Shown: positions 19,396 through 26,939 of the stretch, piece after piece | How the letters are laid out: every line of letters starts with the position of its first letter | How positions within the stretch are numbered: position 1 is the stretch's first letter | IMG/VR virus record: IMGVR_UViG_2718217795_000001 | Location: 1-30,259 of that record | Reading direction: 5' to 3' (one strand) | DNA: 30,259 nt | Origin: a virus | Lineage: Duplodnaviria; Heunggongvirae; Uroviricota; Caudoviricetes | Notes under the pieces: model-generated | Databases searched by the model: none | The model's input: only the letters and a program-made list of their open reading frames with translations | Told to the model about the DNA's origin: nothing | Made by a program: the position numbers and the translations under genes

Positions 19396-19538
19396 ATACC
19401 CCGCCACCATCACGCCTCAGATGCGCCACACGCGCACCACCACACCCGACCACCAACGAACCGACAGCGACCACGACCGCGCCATCACGACGCGCTCAGA
19501 CGATAATTTTTATTATTACGCACCACCGCTGGCGCGCA

Positions 19539-19557
19539 ATGCTTTCCCCGCCACGCC
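19539..19557. other. cos site, 19-nt cohesive end of 186 type
   Basis: Plus strand ATGCTTTCCCCGCCACGCC is the reverse complement of GGCGTGGCGGGGAAAGCAT, the cohesive-end sequence I recall for phage 186 (P2 differs at 2 positions); lies adjacent to Q as expected. Confidence 0.7.
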
Positions 19558-19651
19558 TGCCCGCTTAACGGGTCGCTTTTAATGCAGGTGCATCAGGAGC
19601 CCCGAGCCGCGCCAGCGCTGGCGCTGGCTCACAAATTCTGGAATCAAAAAC

Positions 19652-19681
19652 GCATGCAATTTAATGCAAGATAATGCATTC
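19652..19681 (+). repeat. Three tandem ~10-bp repeats with core ATGCA(A/T)
   Basis: cgcATGCAAt / ttaATGCAAg / ataATGCATt, helically phased, ~110 bp upstream of the cassette start codon. Confidence 0.5.
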
Positions 19682-19730
19682 AAATTGAGTTTATGATACT
19701 GATCGGTCAGTCATGCCTTCATTCTTAGGT

Positions 19731-19760
19731 TTGATATGGCACAGGCTACCTTGTAACAAT
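19731..19760 (+). promoter_or_regulatory. Candidate sigma70 promoter of the AT-rich cassette
   Basis: TTGATA (19731-19736), ~18-nt spacer, TG-extended AACAAT (19752-19760); AAGGTG RBS 6 nt before the ATG at 19789. Confidence 0.35.
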
Positions 19761-19788
19761 TAGGGATTTTTCAAAAAGGTGACTACCC

Positions 19789-20847
19789 ATGGCAGGTGAA
19801 ACTCAAAATATTTCAGCAATGGCGGAAAAGATATCTTCCGATTTATTTAAGTGGTTCAAGTGGGAGCTTGTTGGGGTAACCAATGAAAACTTTCAGTGTT
19901 TGAAGTCTACGCAACATAAAACAAAGTCTGGAACACACCCGACTGATGTTGTTTTTTCCTATAAGGATCCATACTTAAATCGGACGATTTTTTTAAATAC
20001 AGATTTAAAAAGTTATGTAAAAGGGTCGATAACAGCAACCTCAATGCGAAACGCATTAGTCTCATTGGCTAACTCTATTGATTGCGCAGAAGGTAGCAAG
20101 GAATGGAAGGATAGATACTCTTATCAAAGTGGCTCTTCTGAGGTTAGAGGAATGCTCTTTGTATATAATCATGATGGTGAGTTTGACAGATCGTTCTATG
20201 ATGTGTTTTATCAGTCTTATAATGCAGAAACTGATAAAACAAAACGGGGTATTAACCTTGATAATATTCCTCTAAAACAAGGTCAGAAGATTCATATTAT
20301 TGAGCCGAGAACTATAAATTATTTGCAATCAATAATTACGGACTTGTCTCAACTGAGTCACAATCGAGAATTTCCTTTAGGTAAAAATTACCAGTTCTTT
20401 TACCCAGACCTATCACTTCATAAAGTTAGCGGGTCACCTGAAGAACACCCGGCAACAGTAGAGTTGTTAACGGGGCCTTTTTTGATAATTAAACACAACG
20501 ATGTTAAACATTGTGATGAAGAAACTTTAGAGTGGAAAACAACCTATAAGCATGGTTATGTTATTTATTACAATGGCGAGGGTAATAATGAATTAGAGTT
20601 TGTTTATATTCTTGATACGTTATCAAAATACCAACTCTTGGATGGAAATGAAAAGATAAGAATTAGAATTGTACATCCAAGCATTTATAAAGATGTTCGC
20701 AGTATTTTTATGCGTGCTAAGGAAACATACTGTAGAGAATGGGGTTTCGATGAACATAAAAAAACCATCATTGATGCCATTGATTTTCACCAAGTTGAAT
20801 TTACAAAACCTCACTTCAGTTCTGTTGAGATTGGTTGGGAGCGATAA
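19789..20847 (+). CDS. Cassette gene 1: hypothetical protein, 352 aa, possible PD-(D/E)xK nuclease fold in N-terminus
   Basis: ATG with RBS; ~35% GC; N-terminal pattern E26 ... PTD52-VVF ... IFLNTD72-L-K74 fits a restriction-endonuclease-like core; no Walker A/B. Confidence 0.6.
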   Translation: MAGETQNISAMAEKISSDLFKWFKWELVGVTNENFQCLKSTQHKTKSGTHPTDVVFSYKDPYLNRTIFLNTDLKSYVKGSITATSMRNALVSLANSIDCAEGSKEWKDRYSYQSGSSEVRGMLFVYNHDGEFDRSFYDVFYQSYNAETDKTKRGINLDNIPLKQGQKIHIIEPRTINYLQSIITDLSQLSHNREFPLGKNYQFFYPDLSLHKVSGSPEEHPATVELLTGPFLIIKHNDVKHCDEETLEWKTTYKHGYVIYYNGEGNNELEFVYILDTLSKYQLLDGNEKIRIRIVHPSIYKDVRSIFMRAKETYCREWGFDEHKKTIIDAIDFHQVEFTKPHFSSVEIGWER

Positions 20848-20849
20848 GT

Positions 20850-21974
20850 ATGAAAATCGGTTTGTATAGCGTTAATGACAAAGCTATGTTTGATGCTCTC
20901 AATCAAACAAAGGTGACTCATGAAGACATGAAAAGCCTTTTTTTCAAAAGAGGCACTATTATTTCTAAGGATACAAAACGGAAGACTTTAGCTTTGGATT
21001 TTTCGAAGAACTTCCACGGCTATTATGACTTTGAATATTTATCAGAAATTCTTGGATCTGTAGGGAGAAGAGAGAAAGTATCAATTAATATTGTCAACAG
21101 TGCAATTAGTTTAAGTGATATGGAAGTCACAATAAAATCTATATGTGAAGAATTACAAAAAGAGGGGGATGTAACAAATATCAATTACACCGAGAATGGA
21201 TTTGAGGTGTCAGTAAAATATGTCAAGCTGGATTTTAAAATGAGCGAGTTTCGGCAATCCTCATCTCGCGAGGCTAAAATACAAGTAGAGTTGAATGATG
21301 AGGGAGAGTATATTACGCGCTTCCCTCAGAATGCCAAGGCACATGAGTTTAATGAACTTTTGATTAAAAAAATAAAAGAAACTAATAATGATGAGCCTGT
21401 AAGTCTTGAAGAGATATCGCTTGAAACGGTCAAAGATTCAAATGAACGTAGTCGTTTCTTTAAAGAACTGATCGTTAGTATGCCAAATTACAAATGTGTC
21501 GATGTGTCAGATGTTTATGTCACCCATCCAGTATTAGAGGTTAAAAAACCATCTGAATCTGAAGATGATGAAGATGACTCGGATGAGGATGATGATGCTG
21601 TAATAGACACTGGGTATCATATTTCAAAGGCATCATTGAAAGGAAGGGGTGTCCTTGAATCACCAGAACTGGAAGAGTTATTGGGTAATGGGTTTTACAT
21701 TACAAAGATAATATGGAGTTCGGTAGTCGAAGGTTTTAAAGACTCCGATAAGTATGAATTCGAAGCCCAGTTTGTGGATCCGGATAAATGTAAGCTGTTT
21801 TCTTATCTCGTTCGTGGATGTTATAAATATAAAAAAGTAAATGTGTTTACTAATCGGCAAAATGTGGATAAGGAAAAAGAAAATGTGCTATTATTATCAA
21901 TAGAAAAAACGGCTCGAGAAATCTCTAATAGAATAATATCTTTAAATACTCTCGAGGTAGTCACTGAAAAATAA
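20850..21974 (+). CDS. Cassette gene 2: hypothetical protein, 374 aa, with poly-acidic linker
   Basis: Track start is a TTG at 20835 overlapping gene 1; ATG at 20850 follows GGGAG RBS and lies 2 nt after gene 1 stop. Run SESEDDEDDSDEDDD at nt 21552-21596. Confidence 0.6.
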   Translation: MKIGLYSVNDKAMFDALNQTKVTHEDMKSLFFKRGTIISKDTKRKTLALDFSKNFHGYYDFEYLSEILGSVGRREKVSINIVNSAISLSDMEVTIKSICEELQKEGDVTNINYTENGFEVSVKYVKLDFKMSEFRQSSSREAKIQVELNDEGEYITRFPQNAKAHEFNELLIKKIKETNNDEPVSLEEISLETVKDSNERSRFFKELIVSMPNYKCVDVSDVYVTHPVLEVKKPSESEDDEDDSDEDDDAVIDTGYHISKASLKGRGVLESPELEELLGNGFYITKIIWSSVVEGFKDSDKYEFEAQFVDPDKCKLFSYLVRGCYKYKKVNVFTNRQNVDKEKENVLLLSIEKTAREISNRIISLNTLEVVTEK

Positions 21975-21985
21975 AAGGAGTTGTT

Positions 21986-22657
21986 ATGAAAACAAAATGG
22001 TTTACTGCCAACTTCCCTGCCGGTCTCGATAGGTTATACCAGGCCATCATAAACACGCCTTTTGACAGTGACAAAGGTTGGGGGTTTAGTATTCTTTCAT
22101 ATGAAGATAAGTATATATCTTCAAAATATATTGAAAGGGTTGAGGTAAGCGAAGTAATCATAGACCCCTATGGTAATGAAACTGAGTTTAATCATTTCAA
22201 ATATGTGCAGTTTAACTTTTGGTTTTTTAAAGCTCAAGGCGGTAACTTCATTTTAATAATTGATTCTCCGCCTAGAAGTATCAAGGGTTTTATCTCCAAT
22301 GTGATTAAGGCAACTGAATCCGATTTTAATGTTTCTTATCTTGTGATTCAAATTGATGAGTTTATAAAATTTATCACGCCTCACTTCGAAAAGGTTCAGG
22401 TGCACAAGGCCAAATTAAAGGATTTGACTTTTAGTAAAAATACATCTGGCATTTTAGAACTTGAGTCTTCAAATGACGCGATAGATGAGATGAGAAATAT
22501 TTTTAAAAATGCAAAATTCACGATTGATAAAGTTAAATTGAGTGTTAAATCTAACACTGGCAATGAAACATTAGAAGTGAATTCCAATGGTTCTCTTAGC
22601 TTCTCAGAGGAGCTTTTTGATAAGATATTCTCTGCAGTTGAGCGTTTCACTTTCTAA
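21986..22657 (+). CDS. Cassette gene 3: hypothetical protein, 223 aa
   Basis: ATG 11 nt after gene 2 stop with AAGGAG RBS; AT-rich; no recognisable motif. Confidence 0.6.
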   Translation: MKTKWFTANFPAGLDRLYQAIINTPFDSDKGWGFSILSYEDKYISSKYIERVEVSEVIIDPYGNETEFNHFKYVQFNFWFFKAQGGNFILIIDSPPRSIKGFISNVIKATESDFNVSYLVIQIDEFIKFITPHFEKVQVHKAKLKDLTFSKNTSGILELESSNDAIDEMRNIFKNAKFTIDKVKLSVKSNTGNETLEVNSNGSLSFSEELFDKIFSAVERFTF

Positions 22658-22666
22658 GATAGAGTT

Positions 22667-22706
22667 GAAAAGCACTCTTAGTAAAATAAGGGTGCTTTTC
22701 ATTTTA
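22667..22706 (+). terminator. Rho-independent terminator after the cassette
   Basis: Stem AAAGCAC(tctta) / (taagg)GTGCTTT with loop, followed by TTTTCATTTT, 10 nt after gene 3 stop; near-palindromic so possibly bidirectional. Confidence 0.6.
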
Positions 22707-22847
22707 ACTTTAAAAGTTTTTCGAAATCCGAAAGTGTTCGCGAGATTTGTTACCTCGTATTCATTTTGATTAGCGAGTTTTTATCAAGGTCAATGCTCTT
22801 ATAGGTATCGAAACCTGAGCCCGCATGTAATACCCGGAGCTTAAATT

Positions 22848-23030
22848 CTATTCGGCTTTATAGAAAATATCCGGGTCATCCTCAGCACTTTCACTGTTCG
22901 CTAAATCAGCAATAAGAGTGAGTGCGAGCTTAAGGTCTGACGGTTTGCAATTTGCAATCAGAGACACCTCTGCAATGAATTGTACACAAGCCCACTTTTG
23001 CTGAGTTCGGCTGAAATGTTCGCCAACCAT
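22848..23030 (-). CDS. Small SOS-regulated ORF, candidate Tum-like antirepressor (possibly truncated), 60 aa
   Basis: ATG with GGGAGGG RBS, about 20 bp downstream of a near-consensus LexA box; occupies the position between gene A and cos where 186 carries tum. No sequence homology asserted. Confidence 0.4.
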   Translation of the reverse strand: MVGEHFSRTQQKWACVQFIAEVSLIANCKPSDLKLALTLIADLANSESAEDDPDIFYKAE

Positions 23031-23052
23031 GAAATCCCTCCCATAGAGTTTT

Positions 23053-23072
23053 TACTGTATGTTTGTACAGTA
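23053..23072 (-). promoter_or_regulatory. LexA operator (SOS box)
   Basis: TACTGTATGTTTGTACAGTA: perfect CTGT-N8-ACAG core, 17/20 match to the TACTGTATATATATACAGTA consensus, very similar to the E. coli recA box. Confidence 0.8.
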
Positions 23073-23143
23073 TCACGTATTGGCAAAAGATGGGAAGAGG
23101 AAAAAAACGTTAGAGTGATGTATGTGCATGATAAGGATGAAAA

Positions 23144-25372
23144 TTAACTATCAATTTTTGTTGCCGCTTCGGCTAAATCCGCAACGCGACGTAGAATCTT
23201 TCTGGCTTGAGACTGTTGTGACGGTGCTGCGGAAAATACCTCTCCTTTAGCTGTTCCACGCAACCATTTACCGTTAAAGCAACTCTTACCACCTGCCATA
23301 AGGTGCAGGGCTTCGCCCCGGCTGATGGTGATGCCGGTAGTGAGACGTATCTCGTCGATAGTTTTCGACAAAGCTGCATTTTGTTCGTCCGTTCCGTGGA
23401 TGAATTTTCGTCGTGTTGACGGTTTTTGCTTCCTCAGTCGGCTCGCCAGCTCTCGTCTTTCTGACCGACTCAGTGATTTTGTTAAATCCAATATCGGTGG
23501 ATCGCTTTCGCTTCCCGTACAGTTATTGACAGAACTCCGAGAGGGCGCAGGAGCGCCCTTAACGTCAACGGCCAAATCAACGGCACGCTTCGGCACAATT
23601 TTCCACTGCGTTAGCCGGGTTAAAATCGGGGTGCCAGCACCGACAGCGGAATCGTACACGCCACGGATGCAGACGGTTTCCTCACCATACTGGTTAAACT
23701 CGGCGCGCGGTTCATACAGCGTGCGCACCTGCAAATCATCGCGACGGACAAACGGGCCACCCTGCGCATTAACGTAACCAGCCCAGTCACCGGCGTCAGC
23801 GGCATCATGGACGGCGGCAAACTCAACGCTCAGACCGTGTGCGGTCTCGGTATCAGCGAGGCGACGCAACTCACGGTAGACCGTCACTGGCGCACCACCG
23901 ATAAACTGAAACTGACGGATGTGCCAGCGTGCCGCCCATGCCGAAACGGCGGGGGCTGTTTCTTTCAGCAGCTCACCGCTTTCGTCATCGGTTTCACCAT
24001 CAAGAGCATAGCCGTCGATATTTTTCGAAATGTATTTAGCTACATAGCCGGTAGCGCTCCCCTTTTCCGGGTCAATGGCCTCGGCATGAAAGCGAGCTTT
24101 TTTGGCTTTATCGCTTCTCAGTTCGTGGTGGTCTTCCTCCCACGCATAATCACGGATGATGAGGCGCACGCGCTCGACGTCTTCCGGCAACATGAACATA
24201 AGCATGTGCCAGTGCGGCGTCCCGTCGTGATGAGGCTCGGCAACACGTATGCCGAAAATGCGGATTTCTTCCCGGTGCAGCTTGGCGCGAATGCGCGCCC
24301 AAAGGCCGGTGAGATAGCTCTGCGTGTCCAACGGGCTGGCACCGTTCCATTTGCTGTTACGGTAGCCTGCTTTGGTGGTGGCGTGATATTTAGACGGTGC
24401 GGTCAGGGTGTAAAACTCACCGACATAACCGAGCTCATTGCAGATGTTTTCAAAACCACGGATACGGGTCATCAGCTCGCAGCGGCGTATCGCAGGGTTA
24501 GCGACCGAACCGTCGTATTTTTCAATCAGGCTGATGCGGTTGCCGTCTTCATCTTCGAGATCCAGCCCCTTGAGAAATTCACGCGTGCGGCGCTTCTGCT
24601 CACGCCAGTCGGTCACGCAGTTTTTACTCGCGTAGGCGTGTCGTTTTTTGCTGACATTTCCGACGGCAATTTGCAGATGTTCGCGCCATGCAGCCGCAAT
24701 GCGACGCAGACGACCACGCCACCACACATCGTTAAACATACGAGCGATAGCCGGGGCGATTTCATCTTCTCCGACATATTTTTTAGTCACCCGCTCCCAA
24801 TGCGGAGGGGTGACATTGAATTGCAGAGAAATAATACCGGCGCGCATGTACCAGGTGTACAGCGTTTTTAGCTCGCTAAATCCGGTGTCATCAATGTCAG
24901 CCAGTTCAGCACGAATGAAATTAGCAATATCAGCGGCCAGCAGGTCAATATCGGCGCGCGACATATCAGGGAGGCGGTTATATCTGGCGACTATGTTGAC
25001 CATGCGTGACGCCAGATATTGCATGAGCTGGGTATCAAAATGACCACCAAAAACAGTGGCCGATAAGTTGCTGTTGATACCCGCGCACTGATATTTTTTT
25101 GCGACCAGTTCAAGACGTGGTAATGCCTTTTTGCAGAAGCTGATTAAAAAGGCATTGGCTCGTTGACTGCCCTGATTTTGCTCCAGCACCGCAGCGGTGC
25201 GATAAACATCAAAGCGCACGCACTCGGGTTGGAGCGAAAGCACTTTTCTCGCATGCAGCAAAGCCGCGAACATACGGTCGCGGCGATACTGTTGGTCATA
25301 GGTAAGATATGGGCTGGCTATTGCTGACCGTGGAGCGTTCCACGGGTAAGCAAAGTTAACGCTTACCCGCAT
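23144..25372 (-). CDS. A: Replication initiation protein A (rolling-circle nickase), 742 aa
   Basis: P2/186 gpA-like sequence and size; last gene of the early lytic operon. Confidence 0.9.
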   Translation of the reverse strand: MRVSVNFAYPWNAPRSAIASPYLTYDQQYRRDRMFAALLHARKVLSLQPECVRFDVYRTAAVLEQNQGSQRANAFLISFCKKALPRLELVAKKYQCAGINSNLSATVFGGHFDTQLMQYLASRMVNIVARYNRLPDMSRADIDLLAADIANFIRAELADIDDTGFSELKTLYTWYMRAGIISLQFNVTPPHWERVTKKYVGEDEIAPAIARMFNDVWWRGRLRRIAAAWREHLQIAVGNVSKKRHAYASKNCVTDWREQKRRTREFLKGLDLEDEDGNRISLIEKYDGSVANPAIRRCELMTRIRGFENICNELGYVGEFYTLTAPSKYHATTKAGYRNSKWNGASPLDTQSYLTGLWARIRAKLHREEIRIFGIRVAEPHHDGTPHWHMLMFMLPEDVERVRLIIRDYAWEEDHHELRSDKAKKARFHAEAIDPEKGSATGYVAKYISKNIDGYALDGETDDESGELLKETAPAVSAWAARWHIRQFQFIGGAPVTVYRELRRLADTETAHGLSVEFAAVHDAADAGDWAGYVNAQGGPFVRRDDLQVRTLYEPRAEFNQYGEETVCIRGVYDSAVGAGTPILTRLTQWKIVPKRAVDLAVDVKGAPAPSRSSVNNCTGSESDPPILDLTKSLSRSERRELASRLRKQKPSTRRKFIHGTDEQNAALSKTIDEIRLTTGITISRGEALHLMAGGKSCFNGKWLRGTAKGEVFSAAPSQQSQARKILRRVADLAEAATKIDS

Positions 25373-25644
25373 AGTTCCCCCATTTGTCTACGCTGTATGC
25401 TTAGCATCACATAGCCGGGAGCCCACTCGCTAAGGTCAGTTATATGAGTCACCAGCACGTAGACAAAAGCGCCGGTAAAACCGACCTTTTTCGGGTCATA
25501 TACGCAGGCTCCGTACTCGTTTAAGCAAAGTAAATCCCCTACAGCAAAATCACGGTCAGCACGGCGAAACTCGGCTTTTTTTGTTCCATTGATGACAGCC
25601 TGAAAAAACTCAGGCCGAATTTTTAGTTGATGTGTTTTTCTCAT
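25363..25644 (-). CDS. Small early protein, DUF3850/ASCH-like (tentative), 93 aa
   Basis: Track start 25671; internal ATG at 25642-25644 forms an ATGA overlap with the upstream gene stop, suggesting coupling. Motif KIRPEFFQAVINGTKKAEFRRADRDFAVGDLL resembles ASCH/PUA-like small proteins (from memory). Confidence 0.5.
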   Translation of the reverse strand: MRKTHQLKIRPEFFQAVINGTKKAEFRRADRDFAVGDLLCLNEYGACVYDPKKVGFTGAFVYVLVTHITDLSEWAPGYVMLSIQRRQMGELCG

Positions 25645-25913
25645 TCCACCGCCTTGATAGAGGAGGCGCATATTTCTCCGATACGCTCAATTTCAGATGC
25701 CATTGCGTCAAGCGTGGTAATTGATGACTGCTGAATATGATGATGAATCAGCCCGGAAATAAGCTGGTTAATTTTCGGGTAATAACCGATGGTATCGAGC
25801 CATTCCTCACCAGCTTTTTTACCTGACTTAACGACTTTCTTTTCATTCAGGATGAATTGATATTGGTCGCTGGTAATAACCCATTTGTTGCTAACTTCGA
25901 TACGAATACTCAT
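25641..25913 (-). CDS. Hypothetical early protein, 90 aa
   Basis: ATG start, tightly packed in early operon; function not recognised. Confidence 0.45.
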   Translation of the reverse strand: MSIRIEVSNKWVITSDQYQFILNEKKVVKSGKKAGEEWLDTIGYYPKINQLISGLIHHHIQQSSITTLDAMASEIERIGEICASSIKAVE

Positions 25914-26135
25914 TTAAACGCCCTTGTAATGTTTAGATTTGAGCTCTGCTATTTGCTGACAGGTCACGCAAAAGGCCACGCCCGGTATAGCAATGCGGCG
26001 AGCTTCCGGGATTGGTGCGTCGCATTCTTCGCAGAGGAAACGAGAAGGCGCAGCGATACGGCTGCGCGCGTTGTTGATGTGGCGCTCGCGGTCTTCCTGC
26101 TCACGCTGTTGTGCTAAATCCATTGCGTCGGCCAT
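25914..26135 (-). CDS. TraR/DksA-family C4 zinc-finger protein, 73 aa
   Basis: CEECDAPIP...FCVTCQ gives a CxxC-x17-CxxC zinc finger typical of small phage TraR-like proteins. Confidence 0.7.
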   Translation of the reverse strand: MADAMDLAQQREQEDRERHINNARSRIAAPSRFLCEECDAPIPEARRIAIPGVAFCVTCQQIAELKSKHYKGV

Positions 26136-26362
26136 TAGTGCAGCTCCTGTGATTCATTCTCAAAGCGAGTGGCTTCACGGCGCAGCAGTTCGGCGGCTTC
26201 GGTACCGCTCATCCCCTCTTTGGTGATATGTATCGCCAGTGCCTCAAGACGGATTGAAACAGCGAGCGCGCGGTCTTTACGTTCTTCTTTTTTGGCATCG
26301 GTCAGCAATACGGCCAGCGCATCGCTATCTGTATTAAAACTACGGGTTACAGTATTACGCAT
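26135..26362 (-). CDS. Hypothetical early protein (DUF2732-like, tentative), 75 aa
   Basis: ATG start; TAATG overlap with downstream gene; family assignment from memory only. Confidence 0.45.
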   Translation of the reverse strand: MRNTVTRSFNTDSDALAVLLTDAKKEERKDRALAVSIRLEALAIHITKEGMSGTEAAELLRREATRFENESQELH

Positions 26363-26429
26363 AATTTATTCTCCTGATTTCGGGCAATAAGAAGCCCGGC
26401 GGGTTTACGCCATTAAATTTCTGTTTGGA

Positions 26430-26768
26430 TTAATTCGGCATGGTTAGCCGTTTGGGAAATAAACTCACCACTGCACGAAAATGATTCATCGCTGTAATAA
26501 GCGCCTTTTTCTCGTCAGTAGTCAGCTCACTTAATTCGAGCTCATGACGAGCCGCCGGTATTTTTGCCAGAAAGAAAATAGCGGCCAGCGCCCGAGCATT
26601 TTCTTCAAATTGTGGATCGCGTTTATCGCGCATATCATCGACAAAACGCTCAACCTCTTTCCAGCTATCACCCCAATATCTCGCACGTAATTCAGCTACG
26701 TGGTTGAGACCAGCCAGACGCGCGCCTGCCTTTAGCGGAACATTCGCGGAAACAGCTTCGATAGCCAT
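26430..26768 (-). CDS. Hypothetical early protein, 112 aa
   Basis: ATG start at 26766-26768; position between CII region and replication genes. Confidence 0.5.
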   Translation of the reverse strand: MAIEAVSANVPLKAGARLAGLNHVAELRARYWGDSWKEVERFVDDMRDKRDPQFEENARALAAIFFLAKIPAARHELELSELTTDEKKALITAMNHFRAVVSLFPKRLTMPN

Positions 26769-26932
26769 GATTCCCCCTGTTTTTTGGTGGTCAGGCCAGC
26801 CAGTAAATCAGCCTGTGAGCGGCTCGGGTGCCAGCGCTTGCCGTCTTTACCAATAATCCAGCCGTGGCCGCAGTGCATGCCGGGGCTTTGCTTAACGAGC
26901 AAAGACGCGAATGACGGTTCATTTTTCAGCAT
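26732..26932 (-). CDS. Small overlapping ORF downstream of cII (Fil-like position), 66 aa
   Basis: Track start is GTG at 26938; ATG at 26930-26932 with GAGGTG RBS; overlaps next gene by 37 nt. Coding status uncertain. Confidence 0.3.
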   Translation of the reverse strand: MLKNEPSFASLLVKQSPGMHCGHGWIIGKDGKRWHPSRSQADLLAGLTTKKQGESWLSKLFPRMFR

Positions 26933-26939
26933 GAGCACC

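Noticed and set aside
19382-19582. 66-aa plus-strand ORF spanning the cos site
   Set aside because: Low-complexity Thr/Arg/Asp/Pro-rich translation of the CA-rich packaging region; the interval is better explained as cos and terminase recognition sequence.
19363-19790. Possible retron ncRNA or other structured RNA in the hotspot flank
   Set aside because: No reverse-transcriptase gene anywhere in the window and no long inverted repeats of the msr/msd type; the structure seen is explained by terminator, cos and promoter elements.
20835-20849. Track start of cassette gene 2 at 20835
   Set aside because: Codon is TTG and overlaps the end of gene 1; the ATG at 20850 with an upstream GGGAG is a more plausible initiation site.
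22587-22769. 60-aa plus-strand ORF straddling the end of cassette gene 3 and its terminator
   Set aside because: Overlaps the 3' end of gene 3 and the terminator hairpin; Leu/Ser-rich chance frame in AT-rich DNA.
23807-24871. 354-aa plus-strand ORF antisense to replication gene A
   Set aside because: Antisense to a conserved gene, Arg/Gly/Val-rich as typical of GC-rich non-coding frames; no independent support.
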